Source: Candidatus Saccharimonadota bacterium (GTDB lineage Bacteria; Bacteroidota; Bacteroidia; Flavobacteriales; Blattabacteriaceae). From it: DNA of 32,000 nucleotides. Position numbers and translations under genes: made by a program. Position 1 is the stretch's first letter; each line of letters begins with the position of its first letter. Shown piece by piece: positions 1-11,200 of the stretch. The stretch lies in contig NZ_CP059223.1 in the NCBI RefSeq assembly GCF_014252415.1, positions 540,001-572,000 of the forward strand, read 5' to 3'. The notes under the pieces were generated by a model. The model was not told the DNA's origin. It made no database searches and saw nothing but the letters and a program-made list of their open reading frames with translations.

Positions 1-1009
1 CTTGTTGAAATCTTCTTTCCAATGCTTTATCTACCTTAAAATATTTTTGATACTCATTTAATGTAGTTGCACCTATAGACCTTAATTCTCCTTTTGCTAA
101 TGCTGGTTTTAAAATATTAGCTGCATCCATTGCTCCATCTCCTCCACCTGTTCCAACTAAAGTATGAATTTCGTCAATAAATAATATTATTTCTCCGTTT
201 GAAGAAACTACTTCTTTTATTACAGATTTTAACCTTTCTTCAAATTCTCCTTTATATTTAGCTCCAGCTATTAATAATGCCATATCTAATGAAAAAACTT
301 TTTTATCCTTCAAATTATCTGGAATATCTCTACTGATAATCCTATGTGCTAATCCTTCAGCAATAGCTGTTTTTCCAACTCCAGGTTCTCCTATCAGTAA
401 AGGATTATTTTTTGTTCTTCTAGATAAAATCTGTAATATTCTACGTATTTCCTCATCTCTTCCAATAACTGGATCTAATTTTCCCTTTAATGCTAAATCA
501 TTTAAATTTTTTGCATATTTTTCCAATATATTATATGTTTTGTTATCATAAAATGAAGTTATATTTCCATTTTTCTTTCTAATATTGTCAATCACTACTT
601 TAATACTTTTTTCTGTTACTCCTTGATCTTTAAATAATTGAGAACATTTATCATTAGTCATGAAAATCCCATATAAAAAATGCTCTGAAGATATAAATTG
701 ATCTTTTAAATCATTAGCATAATTTTTGGCTATACTAATCATTTTAATTACTCCTTGACTTAAATGTTGATTAAAAATTTTACTAATTATTTTAGGATGA
801 GAAGATATAATTTGATCCAATCCAATTAATATTGAATAAAAATCAATTTTTAATTTTTTAAAAATAAATGGAATTATATATTTTTCAATATTTATCATTG
901 ATTTTAAAATATGTGAATTCTCAATAGATTGATGAGAATGATTTAATGCTATATTTTGTGCTTCTTGTATAATTTCTTTAGATTTTATTGTAAACTTATT
1001 GAAATTCAT
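1..1009 (-). CDS. clpB: ClpB AAA+ chaperone/disaggregase, N-terminal ~336 codons (ORF continues past the window start)
   Basis: Hand translation of the minus strand from the ATG at 1009-1007 gives [38 protein letters not shown]..., a Clp N-domain. Further in it gives ..[16 protein letters not shown].. (Walker A, complement of about 361-412) and ..[10 protein letters not shown].. (Walker B, complement of about 170-200). It is missing from the ORF track only because it runs off the window edge. Confidence 0.9.
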   Translation of the reverse strand, partial: MNFNKFTIKSKEIIQEAQNIALNHSHQSIENSHILKSMINIEKYIIPFIFKKLKIDFYSILIGLDQIISSHPKIISKIFNQHLSQGVIKMISIAKNYANDLKDQFISSEHFLYGIFMTNDKCSQLFKDQGVTEKSIKVVIDNIRKKNGNITSFYDNKTYNILEKYAKNLNDLALKGKLDPVIGRDEEIRRILQILSRRTKNNPLLIGEPGVGKTAIAEGLAHRIISRDIPDNLKDKKVFSLDMALLIAGAKYKGEFEERLKSVIKEVVSSNGEIILFIDEIHTLVGTGGGDGAMDAANILKPALAKGELRSIGATTLNEYQKYFKVDKALERRFQQ

Positions 1010-1097
1010 ATAAAAAATTTAATTCATTTTTTTAACGAATTATTAATATATAAATTTTTTATAGTTTTAAAAATTTATATTTAATTTAAATGATTAT

Positions 1098-2186
1098 GTG
1101 ATTATGATAAAAAAAGAAGAAATAAAATTTCTATCGGATAAAATTTATCAAATACAAAAAATGCTTAAGATCGATCATCTTAAAAAAGAATTAGATGAAA
1201 AACAAAAAAAAATATGTAACCCAAATTTTTGGAAAAAAAATAAAAAAAATTCGAAATATATATCTAAACAATTTAATAAAATTAAAATATGTATTGAAGA
1301 ATTTTCAAAAATTAAAGAAGCATTTGAAGAATTAAAAATAATATATTCTTTATCTACAGAAGAAAATTTATATGAAGAATACAAACATCAGTTAAATAAA
1401 ATTAATAAACTAATTTCATATGTAGAATTAAAAAATATATTTTCTGAAAGTGAAGATAATTTAAATGCAATATTACAAATTTCTGCTGGGGCAGGGGGTA
1501 CAGAAAGTTGTGATTGGACTTCTATGTTAACCAGAATGTATATGATGTGGGCAGAAAAAAATAATTTTTCAACAACAAAAATACATTACTTACCTGGATA
1601 TGTTACTGGAATAAAATCCATAACATTAGAAATAAATGGTAAATATGCTTTTGGATATTTGAAAGGTGAAAATGGAGTACATAGATTGGTAAGAATATCT
1701 CCATTCGATAGCAATTCAAAAAGACATACTTCGTTTTCCTCTGTTTATGTCTATCCTATGATAAATAATAAAATTAATATAGAAATAAATAACTCAGATA
1801 TTCAATGGGAAACTTTTCGATCTAGCGGAGCAGGAGGGCAAAACGTCAATAAAGTAGAAACTGGGGTTAGATTGCGTCATTTTCCTACGGGAATCATAAT
1901 AGAAAATACAGAATCTAGATCTCAAATACAAAATAGACAAAAAGCTTTACAACTTTTAAAGTCTAGATTATTTGAAATAGAAATAAAAAAAAACAATAAA
2001 AAAAAAGAAAAAATAAAATCTGAAAAAAAGAAAATAGAATGGGGGTATCAAATAAGAAATTATATTATGCATCCATACAAACTAGTAAAAGATCTTAGAA
2101 CTAATTATGAAACTACAGATGTACAATCTGTAATGAGTGGAGAAATAAATATTTTTTTAAAAAAATTTATAATGTTAAAAAAATAA
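1098..2186 (+). CDS. prfB: Peptide chain release factor 2, encoded in a single frame with no programmed +1 frameshift; the start may be the ATG at 1104
   Basis: 362-aa ORF with the RF2-specific SPF motif (..[18 protein letters not shown]..) and the GGQ motif (..[17 protein letters not shown]..). The track start at 1098 is a GTG. Confidence 0.95.
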   Translation: MIMIKKEEIKFLSDKIYQIQKMLKIDHLKKELDEKQKKICNPNFWKKNKKNSKYISKQFNKIKICIEEFSKIKEAFEELKIIYSLSTEENLYEEYKHQLNKINKLISYVELKNIFSESEDNLNAILQISAGAGGTESCDWTSMLTRMYMMWAEKNNFSTTKIHYLPGYVTGIKSITLEINGKYAFGYLKGENGVHRLVRISPFDSNSKRHTSFSSVYVYPMINNKINIEINNSDIQWETFRSSGAGGQNVNKVETGVRLRHFPTGIIIENTESRSQIQNRQKALQLLKSRLFEIEIKKNNKKKEKIKSEKKKIEWGYQIRNYIMHPYKLVKDLRTNYETTDVQSVMSGEINIFLKKFIMLKK

Positions 2187-3608
2187 ATGAAAATACGATA
2201 TATTGATTTGATAGATCAAACTTTTGAATTTCCCACTGAAGAATTTTCAATTAAAAATAATTTATTAGAATTTCATAAAATCCCTTTAATGAAACTTATT
2301 AAAAAATATGGAACACCATTAAAATTTACGTATTTACCAAAAATTTCTCAAAATATAAAAAATGCAAAAAGATGGTTTGAAAAGGCTATACAATCTAATC
2401 ATTATAATAATAAATATACTTATTGTTTTTGCACAAAAAGTTCTCATTTTTCATTTATTATAGAAGAAGTATTAAAAAATAATATAAGTATAGAAACTTC
2501 ATATGCTTACGATATAGATATCGTAAAAAATCTTTATAAAAAAGGAAAAATTAATAAAAATATAGAGGTTATATGTAATGGATTTAAAACTAAAAATTAT
2601 ATAAATAATATATCAGAATTAATTAACAATGGATTTTATAATACCATCCCCATACTTGACAATTGTGATGAATTAGAAAAATTGAGTTTAATTATCAATT
2701 ATCCTTTTAAATTAGGTATAAGAATTGCTTCTGAAGAAGAGCCTAAATTTGAATTTTATACATCTAGATTAGGAATAGGATATAAAGATATTATTATATT
2801 TTATTCAAATAAAATTAAAAATAATTCAAAGGTAGAATTAAAAATGTTACATTTTTTTATTAATACAGGAATAAAAGATACAGCTTACTATTGGAATGAA
2901 TTATTTAAGTGCTTGCATATTTATGCAAAATTAAAAAAAATTGCTCCAGAATTGGAAATATTAAATATAGGAGGTGGATTTCCAATAAAAACATCTATGT
3001 CATTTAAATATGATTACGAATATATGGCAAATGAAATTATTTATCAAATAAAAAAATTTTGTCAACAAGAAAATGTATCTGTCCCTCATATATATACAGA
3101 ATTTGGGGCCTATACGGTAGGAGAAAGTGGAGGAATTTTATATAAAATTTTAAACCAAAAATGTCAAAATGATAAAGAAAAATGGAATATGATAGATAGT
3201 TCATTTATGACTACACTACCTGATACATGGGCAATAAGTAGTAGGTTTATTATGCTAGCCATTAATCGTTGGAACGATTCTTATGAAAGAGTTTTTTTAG
3301 GAGGATTAACATGTGATAGTGATGACTATTATAATTCAGAACAACATATAAATGCTATATATCTTCCTAGTTTTTGTAAAAATTCTCCATTGTATATTGG
3401 TTTTTTTAATACAGGAGCATATCAAGATACAATTAGTGGATACGGAGGAGTTCATCATTGTTTAATACCTCAACCTATTCATATTTTAATAGATAAAGAT
3501 GAAAAAAAAAATTTTAAGTATAAAATATTTAGAAAAATTCAAAAACCTAAAGAAATATTAAAAATATTGGGATATAAAAAATATGAAAATAAAAAGAAAA
3601 TTTTCTAA
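2187..3608 (+). CDS. speA: Biosynthetic arginine decarboxylase (PLP-dependent, Bacteroidetes type)
   Basis: 473-aa ORF with motifs ..ILNIGGGFP.., ..EFGAYTVGESG.., ..GGLTCDSDD.. and ..FFNTGAYQD.., typical of Orn/DAP/Arg decarboxylases. The agmatinase gene follows immediately. Confidence 0.85.
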   Translation: MKIRYIDLIDQTFEFPTEEFSIKNNLLEFHKIPLMKLIKKYGTPLKFTYLPKISQNIKNAKRWFEKAIQSNHYNNKYTYCFCTKSSHFSFIIEEVLKNNISIETSYAYDIDIVKNLYKKGKINKNIEVICNGFKTKNYINNISELINNGFYNTIPILDNCDELEKLSLIINYPFKLGIRIASEEEPKFEFYTSRLGIGYKDIIIFYSNKIKNNSKVELKMLHFFINTGIKDTAYYWNELFKCLHIYAKLKKIAPELEILNIGGGFPIKTSMSFKYDYEYMANEIIYQIKKFCQQENVSVPHIYTEFGAYTVGESGGILYKILNQKCQNDKEKWNMIDSSFMTTLPDTWAISSRFIMLAINRWNDSYERVFLGGLTCDSDDYYNSEQHINAIYLPSFCKNSPLYIGFFNTGAYQDTISGYGGVHHCLIPQPIHILIDKDEKKNFKYKIFRKIQKPKEILKILGYKKYENKKKIF

Positions 3609-4458
3609 TTTACCATATAAATATTCAAATTTAAAAAATTCAAATATTGTTATTGTACCAGTTCCATATGATTATACACAAACATGGAAAAAAGGATCTA
3701 AATACGGACCAATTGCATTTCTCTCTGCATCTAATTATATAGAATTATATGATATTGAAACTGATTCTGAAGTATATAAAAAAGGCATTTTTGTAGCTCC
3801 TTTTGTAAAAATTAATTCAAATTCATCTAAAAATATGATAAAAAAAGTATATCATATAACAAAAAAATTTCTTCTAAAAGAAAAATTTGTAACATTAATT
3901 GGAGGAGATCATTCTATATCAATAGGAGGAATCCGTGCATTTGGTGAAAAATATTCAGATATGAGTATCCTTCATATGGATGCACATGCAGATTTAAGAC
4001 CAATATATAATGGAAATCCATACAATCATGCATGTTCTATGTATGAAGCATCAAAAAAATATCCTATAGTACAAGTAGGAATACGTAGTATGGACATACT
4101 GGAAAAAAATGTTATTAAAAATAAAAATGTATTCTATATGCATAATATTTTTGAATGTAAGAATGAATCATGGATTACAGATGTAATTCAAAGATTATCT
4201 AATAATGTATTTATCAGTATTGATATAGACGTTTTTGATCCAAGTATAGCTCCTGCAACTGGTACTCCAGAACCTGGGGGTTTAGATTGGTATACCAGTT
4301 TAAAATTATTTAAACATGTTTTTTATAAAAAAAATGTAGTAGGATTTGATATAGTAGAACTATTACCCTACAAAAAAGAATTTTGTACAGATTTTTTAAC
4401 AGTAAAACTTTTTTATAAATTATTATCGTATAAATACGAATCAAAATTAAGTCATTAA
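3583..4458 (+). CDS. speB: Agmatinase (ureohydrolase family)
   Basis: Mn-binding ureohydrolase motifs GGDHSIS, LHMDAHADL and SIDIDVFDP, plus ..TPEPGGL... The only ATG placed correctly ahead of the conserved ..IVIVPVPYD.. block is at 3583, which overlaps speA by 26 nt. Confidence 0.9.
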   Translation: MKIKRKFSNLPYKYSNLKNSNIVIVPVPYDYTQTWKKGSKYGPIAFLSASNYIELYDIETDSEVYKKGIFVAPFVKINSNSSKNMIKKVYHITKKFLLKEKFVTLIGGDHSISIGGIRAFGEKYSDMSILHMDAHADLRPIYNGNPYNHACSMYEASKKYPIVQVGIRSMDILEKNVIKNKNVFYMHNIFECKNESWITDVIQRLSNNVFISIDIDVFDPSIAPATGTPEPGGLDWYTSLKLFKHVFYKKNVVGFDIVELLPYKKEFCTDFLTVKLFYKLLSYKYESKLSH

Positions 4459-4462
4459 TTAT

Positions 4463-5203
4463 ATGAAAAATAATAAAAAAATTATTATTTCTATTGATGG
4501 ATTTTCTTCATCCGGAAAAAGTACTTTATCAAAAAAAATATCAAGAAAATTAAATTATAAATATATAGATACTGGAGCCATTTATAGATGTGTTACATTA
4601 TTAGCAATTAGAAAAAATGTATTTAATAGTGATTTGTGGAACATTAAAAATTTTATCCCCTTTGTAAAAAATTTAAAATGGAAATTTTATTGGGATGATC
4701 AATATGACAATATGGCTATTATTTTAAATAATGAAAATATTAGATCTGAAATTAGATCAATTGAAGTTACAAAAAAAGTACCATTGATTTCAAAAATACC
4801 TGAGATAAGAGAGATATTAATTTCTATACAAAAAAACATGGGGAAAAAAAAAGGAATTGTAGTCGATGGAAGAGATATTGGAAATTGTGTTTTTCCTAAA
4901 TCGGAATTAAAATTTTTTATTAATGGATCTTTAGAAACTCGTTCTTATAGAAGATATATAGATTTTTATAAAAAAGGAATAAAAAAAATTTCTTATGAAA
5001 AAATAAAAAATCATATTTCATATAGAGATGAAATGGATATTAAAAGAAAAATATCTCCTTTAAAAAAATCTTGGGATCATATAGAAATAGATAATAGTTC
5101 ATCTATTGATCAACAATTGAATTTAATTTTTAAAATTATTAATGAAAAAATTTATGAAACTATTGGAAAAAAAAATAATTATAGTAACAGGAGGATCAGG
5201 TGA
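4463..5203 (+). CDS. cmk: Cytidylate kinase
   Basis: ..ISIDGFSSSGKSTLSKKIS.. (P-loop) and ..YIDTGAIYR... It ends in TGA at 5201-5203, and its C-terminal tail runs into fabG. Confidence 0.9.
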   Translation: MKNNKKIIISIDGFSSSGKSTLSKKISRKLNYKYIDTGAIYRCVTLLAIRKNVFNSDLWNIKNFIPFVKNLKWKFYWDDQYDNMAIILNNENIRSEIRSIEVTKKVPLISKIPEIREILISIQKNMGKKKGIVVDGRDIGNCVFPKSELKFFINGSLETRSYRRYIDFYKKGIKKISYEKIKNHISYRDEMDIKRKISPLKKSWDHIEIDNSSSIDQQLNLIFKIINEKIYETIGKKNNYSNRRIR

Positions 5204-5891
5204 TATAGGTAAATCTATAATAAAAAAATTTGTTAAACATGGAGCTATGGTAATTTTTACATTTTTTTCTTCAATGAAAAATGCAAAAAATATAGAAAAA
5301 AAATTACAAGGAAAAGCAATAGGATATAAAGTAGATTTATCAAATAATAATTCATCAAAAGAATTTATTAAAACTATTGTAAAAAAATATGAATATATAG
5401 ATATATTAATTAATAACGCTGGAATTGTAAAAGATTCTTTTTTAATAAGAATGTCTGACGATAATTGGAATGATGTAATAAAAACCAATCTTTATTCCAT
5501 TTTTAATATTACTAAACATATAATTTATTATTCTATGATAAAAAGAAAAAGTGGGAATATCATTAATATGAGTTCCATAGTAGGTATTATAGGAAATTCT
5601 GGACAATCTAATTATGCTGCATCCAAAGCAGGTATTATTGGTTTTACAAAATCAATTGCTAAAGAATTTGGGAAAAAAAATATTCGTTGTAATGCAATTG
5701 CTCCTGGATATATTTATACTAAAATGAATTCTCATTTAAAAAATGATATAAAAAGTAATTGGATAAAAAATATACCATTAGGTAGACCTGGTACTGTAGA
5801 AGAAGTAGCAAATTGTGCATTATTTCTTGCTTCAAATCTTTCTAGTTATATTACCGGTTCAGTAATAAATGTAAATGGAGGAATGATATAA
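5142..5891 (+). CDS. fabG: 3-oxoacyl-ACP reductase (SDR family); the start may be the ATG at 5154
   Basis: Rossmann motif ..IVTGGSGDIGKS.., NNAG, catalytic ..YAASKAG.. (YxxxK) and ..NAIAPGYI... Confidence 0.9.
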   Translation: MKKFMKLLEKKIIIVTGGSGDIGKSIIKKFVKHGAMVIFTFFSSMKNAKNIEKKLQGKAIGYKVDLSNNNSSKEFIKTIVKKYEYIDILINNAGIVKDSFLIRMSDDNWNDVIKTNLYSIFNITKHIIYYSMIKRKSGNIINMSSIVGIIGNSGQSNYAASKAGIIGFTKSIAKEFGKKNIRCNAIAPGYIYTKMNSHLKNDIKSNWIKNIPLGRPGTVEEVANCALFLASNLSSYITGSVINVNGGMI

Positions 5892-7582
5892 TGTATTCAG
5901 ACAAGAAAATAGTTCAAATATTAGGAGAAGTTTTAAAATTGAAATCTATTTTTAATATAATTATATCACCTGGATCAAGAAATGCCCCAATCATTATACA
6001 TTTTACTAAAAATAAATTATTTAAAACTTACAGTATTGTAGATGAACGTTGTGCTGGATTTTTTGCGTTAGGAATGGCTCAACAATTAAAAAAACCAGTT
6101 ATAATTAATTGTACATCTGGGTCTTCAGTTGTTAATTATTATCCTGCAGTAATAGAATCTTTTTATCAAAATATTCCTATTATTATTATTACAGCAGATC
6201 GTCCAAAAGAATTTAGGACAATTTATGATGGACAATCAATGGATCAAGAAAATATATTTAAAAAATATGTGGAAAAATTTGTTCAATTAACTGAAGATGA
6301 ATCAAAAAAAGGAATATGGTATAATAATAAATTAATTAATGAATCAATAAATCAATGTATTTTAACAAATAAGCCTGTACATATTAATATTCCTTTTTCT
6401 GAACCACTGTATGGTATAACCAATAAAATAAAAGTACATACTAATACTATAAAAACTTTTTATACAGAAACATATATTAAAACAAAAAATCAATTTTTTG
6501 TTGAAAAAAAAATATGGAACAAATGTAAAAAAAAAATGATATTATTAGGATTAAACAATTTTTTTAATAAAACTGAAATCAGTAAAATATTAATGAAAAT
6601 TAGTTTAGATAGATCAATTATTATTTTTTCTGAAACTACATCAAAAATATATGGAGATAAATTTTTCTCTAATATAGATCAAATTATTTATGGAATAAAC
6701 TCAAATAAATGGAATAAAACATTTAAACCAAATATTTTATTAACAATTGGAACAAATGTTTTATCTAAAAAAATAAAAAATTTACTAAGAAAATCCCCCC
6801 CTAAATATCATTGGCATATCGGAGATAATTGTAAGGATTATCCTGATACTTATTTCAAATTAAATACATATTGGAATATTAATCCTGAATATTTTTTTAA
6901 AATAATTTTAGAAAATAAAAATTTTATAAATTCTAATTATCAAAAAAATTGGAAAATTTTAATAAATAAAATAATGAAGAAACAAAATTCTTTTCTTAAA
7001 AAAGAAAAGAATTTTTCAGATCTAAAAGCTCTTTTTTTTATTTTTTCAAAAATTCCTATAAAATCAGTTTTACAATTAGGAAATAGTATGATCATAAGAT
7101 ATTATCAATTATTTAATAACAAAAGAAGAATAGATTCTTATTGTAATAGAGGGATATCAGGGATAGATGGGAGTGTATCAACTGCAGTAGGACATTCTTT
7201 AGCTAGTAAAAAAATTGTAACGTTAATTATCGGAGATATAAGTTTTTTTTACGATAGCAATGCATTATGGAATAATTATACCCCAAAAAATTTTAGAATA
7301 ATACTTATAAATAATAAATGTGGAAATATTTTTAGTATAATTTCGAATGAAAAATTTGAAAAAGAAGTATTTAATTTTTTTGAAACAAAACACGATTTAT
7401 GTGCAGATAAATTATGTGAAATGTACAAGTGGAATTATGAGAAAGTATCCAATTTATATAGACTAAAATATATTTTATCATTTTTTTGGAAAAAATCTAG
7501 TCATCCATTTTTATTAGAAGTAAATACAAAAAATTGTAAAAATGCAGAAATTTTTAAAAAATTTTTATATAGTTCTAAATAA
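5891..7582 (+). CDS. menD: 2-succinyl-5-enolpyruvyl-6-hydroxy-3-cyclohexene-1-carboxylate synthase (ThDP-dependent, menaquinone pathway)
   Basis: 563-aa ORF with ..PGSRNAP.., ..DERCAGFFALGMAQ.., ..GISGIDGSVSTAVG.. and the ThDP-binding ..GDISFFYDSNAL... Its ATG shares one base with the fabG TAA (ATAATG). Confidence 0.85.
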   Translation: MYSDKKIVQILGEVLKLKSIFNIIISPGSRNAPIIIHFTKNKLFKTYSIVDERCAGFFALGMAQQLKKPVIINCTSGSSVVNYYPAVIESFYQNIPIIIITADRPKEFRTIYDGQSMDQENIFKKYVEKFVQLTEDESKKGIWYNNKLINESINQCILTNKPVHINIPFSEPLYGITNKIKVHTNTIKTFYTETYIKTKNQFFVEKKIWNKCKKKMILLGLNNFFNKTEISKILMKISLDRSIIIFSETTSKIYGDKFFSNIDQIIYGINSNKWNKTFKPNILLTIGTNVLSKKIKNLLRKSPPKYHWHIGDNCKDYPDTYFKLNTYWNINPEYFFKIILENKNFINSNYQKNWKILINKIMKKQNSFLKKEKNFSDLKALFFIFSKIPIKSVLQLGNSMIIRYYQLFNNKRRIDSYCNRGISGIDGSVSTAVGHSLASKKIVTLIIGDISFFYDSNALWNNYTPKNFRIILINNKCGNIFSIISNEKFEKEVFNFFETKHDLCADKLCEMYKWNYEKVSNLYRLKYILSFFWKKSSHPFLLEVNTKNCKNAEIFKKFLYSSK

Positions 7583-8178
7583 AAAAAATGATTTAAAAAT
7601 TCTAAAAAATAATTTAATTCTAGAACATATTTCTCTAAAATATACTTTATTACTATAATTTTTCAAATTTTTAGCATTAAATGAAACAACATCTAATCCT
7701 AGATATCTTCCAATGAAGATTGCTCTTTCATTATGAAATTTTTGAGATATAATTGTAAATTTTTTTTGATGAAAAATTTTATAAACTCTTATTATAGAGT
7801 TTATAGTATTGATTCCATATAAATCCTCATATATAATATTAGATGGTATTCCTCTTTTTATTAATTCTAATTTCATCATTCTAGGTTCATTATAGTTTTT
7901 TTCTTTGTTATCTCCACTTACAATAATATATTTTATTTTTTTTTTATATAAAAGTAGTTTAATTGCATCCATTCTATACTTAAAATAATAATTAATTCCT
8001 CCTCCATGTAAAAATTTAGAAGTTCCTAACACTACTCCAAAACTATTATATGGAATTTTTTCAATAGAATTATAATTTTTATTTTTTGCCCCAAAACTTA
8101 TTAAATAATAAGAAAATATAATTATTGAAATTATAATAAAAAAAATACATATGTTAATTTTTTTATTAAATTATTCAT
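7565..8178 (-). CDS. sanA: SanA/YdcF (DUF218) family membrane protein, frame-disrupted: the N-terminal anchor (ATG at 8178) and the conserved body (7565..8170 frame) join only through a 1-nt shift in a homopolymer at 8138..8145
   Basis: The track ORF 7565..8032 starts at a GTG inside the conserved ..FGVVLGTSKF.. block (compare E. coli SanA ..VGVVLGTAKY.., from memory). The rest matches too: ..SGDNKEKNYNEPRMM.. and ..ISQKFHNERAIF... The same frame stays open upstream to 8170, encoding INICIFFIIISIIIFSYYLISF..IPYNSFGV, but contains no ATG, GTG or TTG. See findings. Confidence 0.75.
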
Positions 8179-8202
8179 ACTTTATTTATTAATTTTTTTT
8201 TA

Positions 8203-11200
8203 TTAATCATCACATTCTATAATCCATTTTCCTTCTTTAAAAAAAGAATCATATTGTTTAAATTTAATTTTTTTTCTTTCTCCGGTGACAACGTTACGAA
8301 TTTTAATTTTATTATTTCTACCAAATTTTTTTTTTCTATCATATTTAAATATAGATGATATACTATCGATCAATATATTAGATCTAAATAAAAAATAAAG
8401 TATTTTTTTATTAATATCATAAATTCTTTCTTGAAATAAATTAAATGCATTTTGTTTATATACAATAAGTGGATCTTTTTGTTCAAAAACAGCATTCTGA
8501 ACTGAGAATCGTAAGTTATCCATTTCTTTTAAATGGTCTCTCCATGTATCATCTACAAAAAATAATATAGATTTTTTTTCAAAATCTAAAAATAAAGACT
8601 CACCTTTAGTAATATTAAAATCACATAAGCTAGACGTACATAAAATATTTTTATTTTCATTTGTAAATATTACTTGTATCTCATAATCATCTATATCATT
8701 GTTAATTTTAATATTAGATATATATGGATTAATATAATTTGTAATTATATTATTTTTTCTAATTTTATAATAATCAATAAGTGAATTATGAATTTTTTCA
8801 ATATAATCATCAATTTTATTAACAATAAATTCATTTTTTTTTATTAAACATTTAATACCAAATACTTGAAAAAAATCTAATTTCAAATTATCAAAATTTT
8901 TTATAAATTTATTTTTGGAAATCATAATTTTCAATAAAATATATATCATATTAGATATATCTAAATCTAATTGATTTCCATATAATGCATTTTTTCTTTT
9001 TTCATAAATAAATTCTCTTTGTTTATTAATTACATCATCATAATCTAACAAACGTTTTCTAATACTAAAATTATTATCTTCTATTTTTTTTTGAGCTTTT
9101 TCAATAGATTTTGTTAATAAAGAATGTTGAATAATATCTCCTTCTTTATGTCCAAATTTATCCATTAGTTTAGAAAGTTTTTCTGAATCAAAAAATAGTC
9201 GAATTAAATCATCTTCTAAAGAAATGTAAAATTGACTACTTCCTGGATCTCCTTGTCTTCCAGATCTTCCTCTTAATTGATTATCAACTCTTCTAGAATC
9301 ATGTCTTTCTGTTCCTAAAACAGCTAATCCACCATTATTAATTACTTTTTGTGATAATTTAATATCAGTACCCCTACCTGCCATATTAGTAGCTATTGTT
9401 ACATGACCAGGTAAACCAGCTTTTGATATAATTTCTGCTTCTTTTTCATGTAATTTTGCATTTAAAACATTATGTCTTATTTTTCTAAAACTAAGTGTTC
9501 TACTTAAAAATTCCGATACTTCTACTGAAGTAGTTCCCACAAGAACTGGCCTATTATTTTTTTTAGAAAGAAAAATAATTTTTTCTATTATAGAGTTATA
9601 TTTTTCTCTTTTTGTTTTAAATACAAGATCTTGTAAATCTTTCCTTTTAATAGGTTTATGAGTAGGAATAACCACTACATCTAATTTATAGATATGCCAA
9701 AATTCTCCTGATTCTGTTTCTGCAGTACCTGTCATCCCAGATATTTTATTATACATTCTAAAATAATTTTGTAATGTTATAGTTGCAAAAGTTTGACTAG
9801 AAGATTCTACATAAACATTTTCTTTTGCCTCTATAGCTTGATGTAATCCATCGGAATAACGTCTTCCTTCCATGATTCTACCTGTTTGCTCATCAACTAT
9901 TTTAACTTTATTTCCTAATAAAACATAATCTACATCTTTTTCAAATAATGTATAAGCCCTAAGTAGTTGATTAATAATATGAATTCTTTGAGATTTAATA
10001 GAAAAATTTTTAATTAAAAAATCTTTTTCTTTTATCTCATCTTCTTTTGACAAATTTTTATTTTCTAAATCAGATAATTCTGAATTAATATCAGACAATA
10101 CAAAAAATCTGGGGTCTTTTACATTTCTTGATAAAAATTCTATTCCTTTATCTGTTAATTCTACCGTATTATTTTTTTCATCAATTACAAAATATAATTC
10201 TGAATCTACTTTATACATTTCTTTTCCATAATCTTGTATATATTGACTTTCTATCTTTTGTAAAAAAGAACGAACATTTTTTTCACTTAAAAATTTAATT
10301 AGAGATTTTTTTTTTGGTAATCCTCTATATGCCTGAAGTAATCTAAATCCACCTAATTTAATTTTTTTATTTATTATTAATCTTTTAGATTCTTTAATAA
10401 AAAAATTTACTATTAAATTTTGCTCATGTACAAGATCTTTTACCTTATCTTTAAAAATCTCAAATTCTTTTTTATTGTCTTTTTCAGGATCTACAGGCCC
10501 CGAAATAACTAATGGTGTTCTTGCTTCATCTATTAGTACAGAATCTATTTCATCTATTATAGCATAATTCAATTTTCTTTGAACTAAATCTTTTTTATCA
10601 TTTACCATATTATCACGTAAATAATCAAATCCAAATTCATTATTAGTTCCATAAGTTATATCTGCTTTATATGCTTTTTTACGCATTTCAATATTATTAG
10701 ATGAATAATTATCAATACAATCCACTCTTAATCCATGAAATTCCATTAAAGGAGCCATCCATTCAGTATCTCTTCTAGATAAATAATTATTTACAGTAAC
10801 AATATGGACCCCTTTTCCAGATAAAGCATTAAGATAAGCAGATAAAGTAGAAACAAAAGTTTTCCCTTCACCTGTAGCCATTTCCGCAATTTTTCCTTGA
10901 TGTAAAATAATACCCCCCATTAGCTGTACATCATAATGCACCATATCCCATATTACATTTTTACCATAAGCATTCCATTCATTATTCCAAATAGCATTTT
11001 TTTTATGTAAAAATACGTAAGGTTTTGTCTTTGATAATTCTTTATCTAGAAAAGTTGATCTAACTATAATTTTTTTATTTTTTTTGAAACGTTTTGCTGT
11101 TTCTTTAATAATAGCAAACGATTCTGGTAATATCTCTAATAAAATTTTTTGTTCGGTTTCATATGATTTTTCTCTAATTTTTTCTATAGAATAATAAATC

